A stretch of 64,000 nucleotides of DNA from Myxococcales bacterium. Lineage in GTDB: Bacteria > Myxococcota_A > Polyangia > Polyangiales > JADJMO01. The first letter of the stretch is position 1. Every line of letters starts with the position of its first letter. A program made the translations under genes and the position numbers. Location of the stretch: the NCBI GenBank assembly GCA_016794445.1, contig JAEUKC010000164.1, positions 4,944 to 68,943 on the forward strand, given 5' to 3'. This document shows positions 17,354-26,114 of the stretch, piece by piece. The notes under the pieces were generated by a model. The model did no database searches. It saw nothing but the letters and a program-made list of their open reading frames with translations, and was not told the origin of the DNA.

Positions 17354-19247
17354 GCCCGTCCTCTCCGAGCCGCGCTGGTCGGTGGGCACGCCCGGGGATT
17401 CACGGGCAGATTCGCCTGCGCGCTCGGCAGACGCGTCCTCCCCGCGAGGCACGCGCCGTGGGCAGCGGCACGCCGCGAGCGTCCCGCTCCAGCAGCTCTC
17501 CCTCGCGCTCGGTCCACCCGAGGTCGCGTCGCATCCAGAGGCCCGTGCCGACGCAGAGGCGCAAGAGCACGGTCGGAGCGCACGCCAGCCGCACGCGCAA
17601 GCGCACGCGCTCGTGCGTGGTGAGGGCGGAGGTGCGCGCATCGTCGCTCTCGACGATCAGGCCCACCGCGAGGGCGTGCGCGAGGGCATGACGGTGGCGC
17701 AGGCCCGCGCGCGCGTCCCCGGCCTCGCGCTCGCGTCGTTCGAGCCCGCCCGGCTCGTCGCCGTCGAAGCGCAGATCGTCGAGGCGATCTCGCGCCTCTC
17801 TCCCCGCCAGGGGCGCGCCGAGGCGCTGCGCCCTGCGTGCGCGAGCTCGCTCCCCACCGCCGGAGATTTCCTCCTCGAGCTCGTCCTCCCGAGGGATCTC
17901 GGCGCCGGTGCCGAGGCACACGCCATCGCCGAGCTCGTCAAGCTCGTGCGCGGCCTCGAGCTCGGCCCCTTCTCCATCGGCGTGGCCGACGGCGCCTTCG
18001 CGGCGATCTGCGCCGCCCACGTCGAGATCGCGCGCCCGAAGACGCGGGGGCGAGTCCCGGTCCGGGTCGTCCCGCACGCCATCACGGGTGATGGCGTCGC
18101 AGCGAGCGAGAGCAGCAACGCGTTGACGACCGACGCCGCGTTCCTCGCGCCCCTGTCCAGCGCCCTGCTCCCTGCTTCTCCGCTCGTCGCCCAGGCGTTG
18201 CAGGCGCTCGGGCTCACCAAGATGGCCGAGGTCGCGGCCCTCCCGCTCGAGGGCGCACAGGCGCGCTTCGGAGAAGAGGGCCGCACCCTCGTCATGCTCG
18301 CGCGAGGTCAGGCCCCCCCCGCCCTCGCCACCTTCGTCCCCTCCGCCGATCCGTCCGTCGAGGTCGACCTCGAGGCCCTCGATCCCGCCGGCGAGGGCGC
18401 CACCACGCTCGACGAGCTCGTGTTCGCGCTGCGCACGGCCTGCTTGCGCCTCTGTCCTCCGCTGCTCGCGCGGGGTCTCGGCGTCGGCGAGCTCGAGGTC
18501 CTCCTCGAATCTCGCGGTCAGAGCACCCGACTGGTCGTGCGGCCGGCGCGCCCCGAGCTCGATCCCCAGGCGCTGTTCGAGCTCGCGCGCGCCACGCTCG
18601 AGGGCGCGCGTCTCGCCAGGGTCGAGCAAGAGAGCGACGCACCGGCCCCGGTCGCTCGACTGCGTCTCACCGTCACCTCACTCGTGCCCGCCACCGCGAC
18701 GAGCGAGTCCCTCCCGTTCGCGCGGCGCGACGCCTCGTTGCTCCCGCTCGACGTCGCGCTCGCGCGCCTTCGTGGGCGCTTCGGCGCAGGGCGCGTCGTC
18801 ACCCCCGTCCGTCACGAAGACCCTCGGCCCGAGCAGCGTGGCCGCTTCGTGCGCGCCGAGGTGGGCGCCGTCACCGAGCGCGCCATCACCCCACCCCCTG
18901 TGCCCACGCTCAAGGAGCGGCTCCGCGCGCCGCCTCCCGCCGTCGGCGTGGTGGTGCTCTCCCGCATGCCTGCCGTGGGTGATCCGTGGCCGCTGCGCGG
19001 CGAGGCCCCGCCGAGCGTGGGATTCGGTGGACGGAGTGGCGGGCGGCGCGCCACTCGCACCGTCGAGGTCTCGCCTCCCGAGCGCATCGTCGGGGGCTGG
19101 TGGTCCGAGCCGTTCGAGCTCGTCTACCACTGGCTCACCGCCGACGACGGCACCCGCGCGCTCTTCGCCCGCACGCCCGTGGGTCGATCGGCGCGCGACG
19201 GAGGCGCTCCCCACGAGGGGTTGCGGCTCGTCGCGATCGCCGATTGA
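17229..19247 (+). CDS. imuB: ImuB-like Y-family-polymerase homolog (probably catalytically inactive)
   Basis: RRIACVHWSELPIAA resembles the ImuB N-terminus, and IVALDDQAHREGVREGMTVAQARARVPGL matches the Y-family palm segment. It follows the imuA-like gene. Its ATG lies 125 nt inside the imuA reading frame in a different frame. Confidence 0.55.
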   Translation: MRSPVTPRVSPIRRIACVHWSELPIAAHRLRLVHSNSQSTTEPVLSEPRWSVGTPGDSRADSPARSADASSPRGTRRGQRHAASVPLQQLSLALGPPEVASHPEARADAEAQEHGRSARQPHAQAHALVRGEGGGARIVALDDQAHREGVREGMTVAQARARVPGLALASFEPARLVAVEAQIVEAISRLSPRQGRAEALRPACASSLPTAGDFLLELVLPRDLGAGAEAHAIAELVKLVRGLELGPFSIGVADGAFAAICAAHVEIARPKTRGRVPVRVVPHAITGDGVAASESSNALTTDAAFLAPLSSALLPASPLVAQALQALGLTKMAEVAALPLEGAQARFGEEGRTLVMLARGQAPPALATFVPSADPSVEVDLEALDPAGEGATTLDELVFALRTACLRLCPPLLARGLGVGELEVLLESRGQSTRLVVRPARPELDPQALFELARATLEGARLARVEQESDAPAPVARLRLTVTSLVPATATSESLPFARRDASLLPLDVALARLRGRFGAGRVVTPVRHEDPRPEQRGRFVRAEVGAVTERAITPPPVPTLKERLRAPPPAVGVVVLSRMPAVGDPWPLRGEAPPSVGFGGRSGGRRATRTVEVSPPERIVGGWWSEPFELVYHWLTADDGTRALFARTPVGRSARDGGAPHEGLRLVAIAD

Positions 19248-19266
19248 GTTGCCAACCGCTCCAGAT

Positions 19267-19905
19267 TCACTCGACGAAGGCCGAGAGCAGCGCCGTGACC
19301 ACCGCGCTCGGGTCCTTGCCCTCGAGCCACGCCCGCACGACCGCGACGCCGTCCGCGCCGTGCGCGACCGCGTCACCCACGTTCGTCGCGTCCACACCGC
19401 CGAGCGCGAACACCGTCACGCCACGATGGCGCGCCCTCGCGCGTGTGTGGGCCTCGCGGGACAGCTCCCCGAAGCGAACGAACCCGATGGGCGGCGGTTT
19501 GCCGGGCGAAGGCGCCACCGGGCTCACGGTGATCCCGTCGACCCCTGCATCGATCGCCGCGAGCACTCCCGCGAGATCGTGGCACGAGCGGCCGATCCAC
19601 GCGCCCGTGGGCAAGAGCGCACGCGCCTCGTCGGGCGACACCGAGCGTTCGCCGAGCTGCACGCCCGCGCCCACGACCGCCGCCACGTCCACCCGATCGT
19701 GGACGACGCAGGGAAGACCAGCGCGGAGTGCCCCTCGCGCCATTGCCACGAGCTCGCGCGCGGGGCGGTGCGGCCCGCGGACACCGACCATGCACCGGTC
19801 CCGGGAGGGATGCCCTGCCAGGCGTTGGAGCCGCTCCAGGGTCGCCTCCAGCGGACAGAGTTCGAGATCGGTGACCAGCAAGAGCCGGGGGCCCGGTCGG
19901 GTCAC
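19267..19905 (-). CDS. thiE: Thiamine-phosphate synthase-like protein
   Basis: A 212-aa product from GTG 19905, which forms GTGA with the upstream stop. Sequence: RLLLVTD..., ...GVQLGERS..., IGRSCHD, VFALGGV....V......GADGVAVV. Confidence 0.65.
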   Translation of the reverse strand: MTRPGPRLLLVTDLELCPLEATLERLQRLAGHPSRDRCMVGVRGPHRPARELVAMARGALRAGLPCVVHDRVDVAAVVGAGVQLGERSVSPDEARALLPTGAWIGRSCHDLAGVLAAIDAGVDGITVSPVAPSPGKPPPIGFVRFGELSREAHTRARARHRGVTVFALGGVDATNVGDAVAHGADGVAVVRAWLEGKDPSAVVTALLSAFVE

Positions 19906-20213
19906 TTGCTCGCCGACCCCTTGGGCTTGGCCGCCGCCGCGAGCTCCGCGGTCACCTTGCTGCAAGGTTTGTCCGTCTTGCGCTCGTCCTCGGCGCGCCG
20001 GGCCTCCCTGCTGGCCGGGTAGCGTTCGACCAGGAAATCCAGGGTTCGCTTGACCCCGTCGGCGTCGCCCGCGTCGGCCAATCGGCCGCAGAGCGCCCAC
20101 AGCGCCTCGGAGGGCGTGTCGTCGCGAGCACGCTCGGGATCGGTCGATTTGCACTGGTAAGGGGCGGCCGAGGCCAAGGCGGCCGTGAGCACCCAGACGG
20201 ACGCGCGGGTCAC
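19902..20213 (-). CDS. Small secreted hypothetical protein
   Basis: 103 aa with signal peptide MTRASVWVLTAALASAAPY. Translationally coupled to thiE. Confidence 0.5.
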   Translation of the reverse strand: MTRASVWVLTAALASAAPYQCKSTDPERARDDTPSEALWALCGRLADAGDADGVKRTLDFLVERYPASREARRAEDERKTDKPCSKVTAELAAAAKPKGSASK

Positions 20214-20231
20214 GAAGGGAAGCTACTCGCG

Positions 20232-20259
20232 TTGACAGGGAACCGCGAGCCGATAACCT
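20232..20259 (+). promoter_or_regulatory. Putative sigma70-type promoter of the RRM gene
   Basis: Perfect TTGACA at 20232-20237, a 16-nt spacer, then TAACCT at 20254-20259. A GGAGG lies 14 nt before ATG 20334. Confidence 0.35.
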
Positions 20260-20333
20260 CGCCCTCAGGGCGTCGTTCCTACGCCGCGCATTGGTTTCAT
20301 CATCGGTTTCTTTTCGGAGGCTCTGTTCGTCCC

Positions 20334-21287
20334 ATGTCGTCGCCCGAGGATTCGCGCAAGTTGTTCGTGGCTGGTCTGCCCGACACCATCTCTGAAGACA
20401 TCCTTCGCCAGCTGTTCGAAGCGACAGGCGGCACTGTCGTCAACGTCAGCCTACCGAAGGACCGCGCCACCGGGCGGCCGCGTGGGTTCGGCTTCGTGAC
20501 CATGGCAACCGACGCCGAAGCGAGCGCAGCACGCGACTCGTTGAACGGCTCCATGCAGGCTGGCAGCTCCATCAGCGTCCGGCCTTTCCAGGCCGAACCG
20601 CCCAAGCGCGAAGGCGGGATGGGCGGACCAGGGGGTGGCCCGGGCGGTGGCGGCGGCGGGCGTCCCGCGCCGAGCCCCGACTCGACCCTCTACGTCGGCA
20701 ACCTCCCCTACGACGCGAGCCAGGAGGAGCTCGAGGCGCTCATCTCGGGCGCGGGTGCAGGTCCCGTGGTGCGCATCCACCTCCCGACCGATCCCGACGG
20801 CCGCAAGCGCGGCTTCGGCTTCGTCACCCTGTCGTCGGCCGAGAGCGCGAACGCCGCGCTCGAGGCGCTCAAGGGCGCGGACCTCCGCGGCCGTCCGCTG
20901 CACATCAACATCGCCCACCCGAAGGGCGACCGCCCTGCCGGCGGGCCCGGCGGCTTCGCAGGGGGCGGAGGTGGCGGAGGTGGCTACGGCGGCGGCGGCG
21001 GTGGCGGCGGCTACAGCGGCGGCGGTGGTGGCGGCTACAGCGGCGGCGGCGGTGGCGGTGGCTACCGGGGCGGCGGGGGCGGCGGCGGCGGTGACCACAG
21101 CGGCCCGCCCCGTGACTTCGGCAGCGGCCCGCGTCGGGTCGGCGCGGGGGGCGGCGGTCCGGCCGGCGCCAACCGTGACGGCGGTCCGAGCCGCGGGTTC
21201 GGCGAGTCCGAAGGCCGTCGTCGGCGCATGGAGCGCGACCGCGACCGCGAGCGTCGCCTCGACGGTGGGGACGACGACGACGATTGA
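20334..21287 (+). CDS. RNA-binding protein with two RRM domains and a Gly/Tyr/Arg-rich tail
   Basis: RNP2/RNP1 pairs LFVAGL / RGFGFVTM and LYVGNL / RGFGFVTL. The tail has GGGGGGGGYGGGGGGGGYSGGGGGGYSGGGGGGGYRGG..., then RDRDRERR and a DDDDD end. The track start 20232 is the TTG of the putative -35 box, so I use ATG 20334. Confidence 0.85.
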   Translation: MSSPEDSRKLFVAGLPDTISEDILRQLFEATGGTVVNVSLPKDRATGRPRGFGFVTMATDAEASAARDSLNGSMQAGSSISVRPFQAEPPKREGGMGGPGGGPGGGGGGRPAPSPDSTLYVGNLPYDASQEELEALISGAGAGPVVRIHLPTDPDGRKRGFGFVTLSSAESANAALEALKGADLRGRPLHINIAHPKGDRPAGGPGGFAGGGGGGGGYGGGGGGGGYSGGGGGGYSGGGGGGGYRGGGGGGGGDHSGPPRDFGSGPRRVGAGGGGPAGANRDGGPSRGFGESEGRRRRMERDRDRERRLDGGDDDDD

Positions 21288-21293
21288 GCGGGT

Positions 21294-21316
21294 CGCGGGG
21301 CTGTCACTCGCCCCGC
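21294..21316 (+). terminator. Weak hairpin after the RRM gene
   Basis: gcggggc / 9-nt loop / gccccgc, 7 nt after the stop. No T-tract. Confidence 0.25.
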
Positions 21317-21357
21317 TCGCCCTCCGTCTTTCGCCGCGATCCGTCGAGCACCTCGGC

Positions 21358-21386
21358 TTGACGGACGCACCACAGAGTTCTACGGT
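21358..21386 (+). promoter_or_regulatory. Putative promoter of rpmG
   Basis: TTGACG at 21358-21363, a 17-nt spacer, then TACGGT at 21381-21386, about 65 nt upstream of the rpmG ATG. Confidence 0.3.
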
Positions 21387-21451
21387 TTCGACCCCGCTCA
21401 TCACGGCAATCGCCCGGACGAAGCACCTCGCCGGCGACCTCGGAGACGACC

Positions 21452-21613
21452 ATGCGTGACATCATCAAGCTCAGCTGCGCCAACTGCCAACGCTCGAACT
21501 ACCACACGACCAAGAACAAGCGCACGATGAGCGAGAAGTTCGAGATCAAGAAGTTCTGCCCCGCGTGCCGGGCTCATCACCCGCACAAAGAAGGCAAGAT
21601 CTCGAAGGGCTGA
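21452..21613 (+). CDS. rpmG: 50S ribosomal protein L33 (zinc-binding Cys4 form)
   Basis: Too short for the ORF track. My hand translation gives MRDIIKLSCANCQRSNYHTTKNKRTMSEKFEIKKFCPACRAHHPHKEGKISKG (53 aa), the typical L33 sequence with CxxC...CxxC. Confidence 0.9.
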   Translation: MRDIIKLSCANCQRSNYHTTKNKRTMSEKFEIKKFCPACRAHHPHKEGKISKG

Positions 21614-21724
21614 GCGTTCGCGTCCGCGCGAACGACCTTCCCGATCTCGAGCGGAGCGTGCGTGCTTCGCTCGACGAGACCACGCCCCGACGGCTCGATG
21701 CCGCGGGGCGTTTGGTGCTTTTGA

Positions 21725-22897
21725 CTACCGGACGACGTTGCCCGAGACGAGCGCGTCGATCTCCTCCGCGGAGAACCCTCCCTCCCCGAGGATGGTGCGC
21801 GTGTGCTCCCCCATCGCCGGCGCCGGCGCCTCGGCGGGTGGCGCGACCGGCAGGCGCACCTGGGTGCTCTCGCCCCACGGTGTCGATTGCTTGTGCAGGA
21901 TGCCCCGCGCGACGAGGTGCGGATCGCTCGCGAGCTCGTGCGGTTCGAGGACGGGCTCGAGGCAGCAGTCGCGCTCGGCGCCGAACGCGGCCCACTCGTC
22001 GCGGGTGCGGGTCGCGAACACCTCGGTGAGACGCGCGCGCAACGCGGGCTGGTGTGCCCCCGGCATCATCGCGGTCATGTCGAGATCGAGCCCCGCGCCG
22101 TCGCAGAACGACTTCCAGAACTTGGGCTCGAGGGCGCCCAGCGAGACCCAGCGGCCGTCCTTGGTGGCGTAGGTCGCGTAGGGGGCGATGCCGCCGGTCA
22201 GCGCCTCTCCCCCGCGCACCGCGGTGCCGTTCACCGCGATGGCCCCGAGCTGCGCCATCGCGAAGGGCAGCGTGCCCTCGCTCATCGCGATGTCGACCAC
22301 CGCGCCCTGCCCCGTCGCCTCCCGCGCCCGCAGGGCGCCGAGCAAGCCGATGACCGCCCAGAGCCCGCCCGCGACGTCGGCGAGCTGGAAGCCAGGCGGC
22401 TGGGGCGGTCCGCTCTCGGGACCGGTGAGCCCGAGAACGCCGGAGCGCGCGAGGTAGTTCAGGTCGTGGCCGGCGCGATGCGCGAGCGGCCCCGTCTGCC
22501 CGTAGCCGGTGATGGCCGCGACGACGAGGTGCGGAAACTCGGTGCGCAGCCGCGCGTGCGAGAGGCCGAGGCGATCGAGCACGCCAGGACGGAACTGCTC
22601 GACGAGCACGTCGTAGCGGGGCAGGAGGCGCTCGAGCGTGGCGCGCCCCTCGGGCCGCTTGAGGTCGAGGACCATCGAGCGCTTGCCGCGGTTGAGCGCG
22701 AGGAACGCCGCGTTCTGGTCGCCGAGCTGCGGGGGCATGTGGCGCAGGTAGTCGCCGCCGTGGGGGTCTTCGATCTTGTCGACGCTGGCGCCCATGTCGG
22801 CGAGCACCAGGGTCGCGAAGGGGCCCGGGAGCAGCCGGGTGAGATCGAGCACACGTACGCCTTCGAGCGGTCGCTGCATGGGCGAACGATGCGGCAC
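21725..22897 (-). CDS. Family III CoA-transferase (CaiB/BaiF / alpha-methylacyl-CoA racemase-like)
   Basis: LEGVRVLDLTRLLPGPFATLVLADMGASVDKIE..GGDYLR, followed by the conserved mid-region GYGQTGP. Confidence 0.85.
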   Translation of the reverse strand: MPHRSPMQRPLEGVRVLDLTRLLPGPFATLVLADMGASVDKIEDPHGGDYLRHMPPQLGDQNAAFLALNRGKRSMVLDLKRPEGRATLERLLPRYDVLVEQFRPGVLDRLGLSHARLRTEFPHLVVAAITGYGQTGPLAHRAGHDLNYLARSGVLGLTGPESGPPQPPGFQLADVAGGLWAVIGLLGALRAREATGQGAVVDIAMSEGTLPFAMAQLGAIAVNGTAVRGGEALTGGIAPYATYATKDGRWVSLGALEPKFWKSFCDGAGLDLDMTAMMPGAHQPALRARLTEVFATRTRDEWAAFGAERDCCLEPVLEPHELASDPHLVARGILHKQSTPWGESTQVRLPVAPPAEAPAPAMGEHTRTILGEGGFSAEEIDALVSGNVVR

Positions 22898-22984
22898 CTC
22901 GCGCGGCGCGGCGAGTCAAAAAGCAGCGAGGCCACCCCTCGGGGCGGCCTCGTCGCGGTGGCTACGCGCGCGTAGCCGGCGTGA

Positions 22985-23341
22985 TCACTTGGCGAGATCG
23001 AACAGCTTCTGGAGCTTCATGGCGAGCATCTGGTTGCCCTTGACCTTGAGCTTGCCCGCGAAGAAGAGCTGCATGCCGTTGGCCTGGGGGTTCTCGACGA
23101 GCTTCTGGAAGTCGTCGGCCGCGATGTCGATCGTGCACTCGGCGGTGGCGATCTCACCGGCCACACAGGACGGGCCACCGTTCTTGGTGGTGTTGATCGT
23201 CCACTTGCCACCCGCGTCGCCGCCGATGTTCATCTGGAAGACGTGGCCGATCTCCGCGGCCTTGTCCGGCTGCTTGGCGATGGCGGCGGGGAGCTGGTTG
23301 TTGAACAGATCCTGGATGTCGACAGCCATGGAGTCCTCCAC
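22985..23341 (-). CDS. SCP2 sterol-carrier-like domain protein
   Basis: 118 aa. Motifs FQMNIGGDAGGKWTI and FFAGKLKVKGNQMLAMKLQKLF. Confidence 0.75.
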   Translation of the reverse strand: MEDSMAVDIQDLFNNQLPAAIAKQPDKAAEIGHVFQMNIGGDAGGKWTINTTKNGGPSCVAGEIATAECTIDIAADDFQKLVENPQANGMQLFFAGKLKVKGNQMLAMKLQKLFDLAK

Positions 23342-23492
23342 ACGAATTGACTCGTCGCTCCCGGACCGTCTCTGTCCGGTCCTCCGCGACGGAGATTGAT
23401 ACTGAATGACGATTCAGTCGGAGGGGGTACCACCACCGGCCGAGGATCACAACGGTCGACGCACGGCGGCCGGATGGCTAGGTCCAGCGCCC

Positions 23493-24779
23493 ATGCTGAA
23501 GCTCGCACGACAGGGCGATCCGGGGTTCGCGGGGGTCGTGCGGGCCCTCGAGACCCGCGGGGACGAGGACCTCGGGGCCGTCGAAGCGGCGGTCCGCGGC
23601 ATCCTCGACGACGTCCGCACGCGGGGCGACGAGGGCGTGCTGGACGCCTGCGCGCGCTTCGAGCACCGCCGGCCCTCTCCGCTCGTCCGTACCTTCGACG
23701 GCGAGGCCGCGCTCGCCCGCCTCGAGCCCACCGCCCGCGAGGCGCTCCGGTTCGCGGCCGCGCGCATCCGCGCGTTCCACGAGCGCCAGTGGTCGGACGA
23801 GTCGTTCGTCTACGCGGACGGCGGCGCGCGGCTCGGCACACGGGTCCGCCCTCTGCGGCGGGCGGGGGTCTACGCCCCCGGGGGCAAGGCCCGCTACCCG
23901 TCCTCGGTGCTCATGGCCGCGATCCCCGCGCAGGTCGCCGGCGTGCGCGAGATCCTCGTCGCAACACCACTGAGCGGCGACGCAGGCGACGACGCGCTCC
24001 TCGCCGCCGCGCACCTCGCGGGCGTCGAGCGCGTCCTCGACGCGGGCGGCGCGCAGGCCATCGGCGCGCTCGCCTATGGCACCGCGAGCGTCCCGCGGGT
24101 CGACATCGTCGTCGGCCCGGGCAACATCTACGTCGCGTGCGCCAAGAAGCTCGTCTCGGGCCACGTGAAGATCGACGGCATCGCCGGCCCGAGCGAGATC
24201 CTCGTGGTCGCCGACGACAGCGCCGACGCGCGGGTGGTCGCCGCCGACCTCCTGTCGCAGGCCGAGCACGACGAGGCGGCGTACCCGCTCTTGCTCACCG
24301 ACTCCGAGGCGCTCGCCCAGGCGGTCGTCGCAGAGGTCGAGGTGCAGCTCGCGAGCCTGCCGCGCGTCGCGATCGCGCGCCCGTCGGTCGACCGGCAGGG
24401 GTATGTGCTCGTGGTCCAGGGCCGCGACGCGCTCGCGGAGATCGCGGATCGACTCGCGGCCGAGCACCTGGCGCTGCACGTACGCGAGCCTCACGCGCTG
24501 CTCGATCGCATCACGGCCGCGGGCGCCGCGTTCATCGGGAGCAACACGCCAGAGGCGGTCGGTGACTACGTCGCGGGTCCCTCCCACGTGTTGCCGACGG
24601 GCGGCGCGGTCCGCTTCGGGGCGCCCCTCGGCGTCTACGACTTCGTCTCGCGCACGAGCCTCGTCGAGTACGACCAGGCCACCCTCGCCGCCCAGGCCGA
24701 CGCGGTCTGCGCCCTCGCGCGACTCGAAGGCCTCGAGGCCCACGCCCGTGCGGTCGAGGTGCGCGTCGGCCGGCGCTGA
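23493..24779 (+). CDS. hisD: Histidinol dehydrogenase
   Basis: Motifs GGKARYPSSVLM, VGPGNIYV, GPSEILV, SQAEHDE, HVLPTGG. The MLKLARQ start gives ~428 aa. Confidence 0.9.
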   Translation: MLKLARQGDPGFAGVVRALETRGDEDLGAVEAAVRGILDDVRTRGDEGVLDACARFEHRRPSPLVRTFDGEAALARLEPTAREALRFAAARIRAFHERQWSDESFVYADGGARLGTRVRPLRRAGVYAPGGKARYPSSVLMAAIPAQVAGVREILVATPLSGDAGDDALLAAAHLAGVERVLDAGGAQAIGALAYGTASVPRVDIVVGPGNIYVACAKKLVSGHVKIDGIAGPSEILVVADDSADARVVAADLLSQAEHDEAAYPLLLTDSEALAQAVVAEVEVQLASLPRVAIARPSVDRQGYVLVVQGRDALAEIADRLAAEHLALHVREPHALLDRITAAGAAFIGSNTPEAVGDYVAGPSHVLPTGGAVRFGAPLGVYDFVSRTSLVEYDQATLAAQADAVCALARLEGLEAHARAVEVRVGRR

Positions 24780-24789
24780 CCGGCGCTGG

Positions 24790-26100
24790 TCAGCGAACGG
24801 TCTCGAGGATCAGGGTCCGCGCGGGTGGAGCGTGGTCGTCGATGCGGAACGCGCCCTCGACGCGGGCGCGCACGAGCGCCACGTCGGACGGCTTGGCCAC
24901 GTGCAGATCGACGAGCGGATCGCCGACGGTGACCGCCGTGCCGCGCACCGCGCGCAGGACGAGCCCGACACGCGGATCGACCGGCTGCTCGGCGCGCGAG
25001 CGACCGGCGCCGAGCGCGACGGCCGCGAGCCCGAGCGCCAGCGGATCGACGTCGACGACGAACCCCGCGCGTGGCGCCGCGAGGGTGACGACGTGCGGCG
25101 CCGAGGGCAGGAGCTCGAGATCGGTCGTCACGCGCCGGTCACCGTGCTGCGCCTCGATCATGCGCCCGAAGCGGTCGAGCGCCTCGCCGGAGGCGATCTT
25201 CGCGCGCGCGAGCGCCCGGCCGGCGGCCTCGTCCGCGGCGACCTTCCCGAGCACCAGCATCTCGGCGGCGAGGGCGAGCGTGATCTCGACCAGATCGGCG
25301 GGACCGCCGCCCTGCAGCACCTCGATCGCCTCGCGCGTCTCGAGCGCGTTGCCGACGGTCAGGCCGAGGGGGTGATCCATGTCGGTGAGCAGCGCGCACA
25401 CCCCCTTGCCACCGCGCTTGGCGACCGCGACCAGCGACTGCGCGAGCGCCCGCGCCCGGCCGAGATCCTTCATGAACGCGCCGCGGCCGACCTTCACGTC
25501 GAGCACGAGGGCGTCGATCCCCTCGGCGAGCTTCTTCGACAGGATGGACGCGGTGATGAGGGGGATGGACTCCACCGTCGCCGTGACGTCGCGCAGCGCG
25601 TAGATCCGCTTGTCCGCCGGGGCGATCTCCTTGGTCTGCCCGATCATGCAGGTGCCGACGTCGCGGACGATGCGGCGGTAGTCGTCGACCGAGAGATCGA
25701 CGCGGAACCCCGGGATGGACTCGAGCTTGTCGAGCGTGCCGCCGGTGTGACCGAGGCCGCGGCCGCTCACCATCGGGACGGGCACGCCACACGCGGCCAC
25801 GAGCGGGGCCAGCGCGAGGCTCACCTTGTCCCCGACGCCGCCCGTCGAGTGCTTGTCGACCTTGACGCCAGGCTGATCGGACAGATCGAGCACGGTGCCG
25901 CTCGCGAGCATGGCGTCGGTCAGCTCGAGGGTCTCCCGCTCGTCGAGCCCGCGGAGGAACGCCGCCATCAGCCACGCCGACATCTGGTAGTCGGCGAGCT
26001 CGCCGGAGCCGAGCCCGGCGATCAGCCGCTGGATGTCCCCGGGCTCGTGGGCCCGACCGTCACGCTTGTCCCCGAGCAGCTCGACGAAGCTCCGCGCCAT
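24790..26100 (-). CDS. deoA: Thymidine/pyrimidine-nucleoside phosphorylase
   Basis: The MARSFVELLGDKRDG start, then DYQMSAWLMA, VDKHSTGGVGDK, SGRGLGHTGGTLDKLE. Confidence 0.85.
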   Translation of the reverse strand: MARSFVELLGDKRDGRAHEPGDIQRLIAGLGSGELADYQMSAWLMAAFLRGLDERETLELTDAMLASGTVLDLSDQPGVKVDKHSTGGVGDKVSLALAPLVAACGVPVPMVSGRGLGHTGGTLDKLESIPGFRVDLSVDDYRRIVRDVGTCMIGQTKEIAPADKRIYALRDVTATVESIPLITASILSKKLAEGIDALVLDVKVGRGAFMKDLGRARALAQSLVAVAKRGGKGVCALLTDMDHPLGLTVGNALETREAIEVLQGGGPADLVEITLALAAEMLVLGKVAADEAAGRALARAKIASGEALDRFGRMIEAQHGDRRVTTDLELLPSAPHVVTLAAPRAGFVVDVDPLALGLAAVALGAGRSRAEQPVDPRVGLVLRAVRGTAVTVGDPLVDLHVAKPSDVALVRARVEGAFRIDDHAPPARTLILETVR

Positions 26101-26114
26101 TCGTTCCGTGTACC

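Noticed and set aside
19248-19266. Expected dnaE2 after imuB, and a TcA-like gene near the Tc-like toxin.
   Set aside because: Neither is present anywhere in the window on either strand. I record their absence here and make no feature call.
20214-20333. A possible TPP riboswitch upstream of the small-ORF/thiE operon.
   Set aside because: The minus-strand leader contains only a ctgagg fragment. It lacks the conserved TPP aptamer elements, and the region is better explained as the divergent RRM promoter and leader.
20937-21095. Tandem ggc/ggt repeats that look like a short-period DNA repeat array.
   Set aside because: They are in frame inside the RRM gene and encode the Gly/Tyr tail. There is no spacer structure, so this is not a CRISPR array or a satellite.
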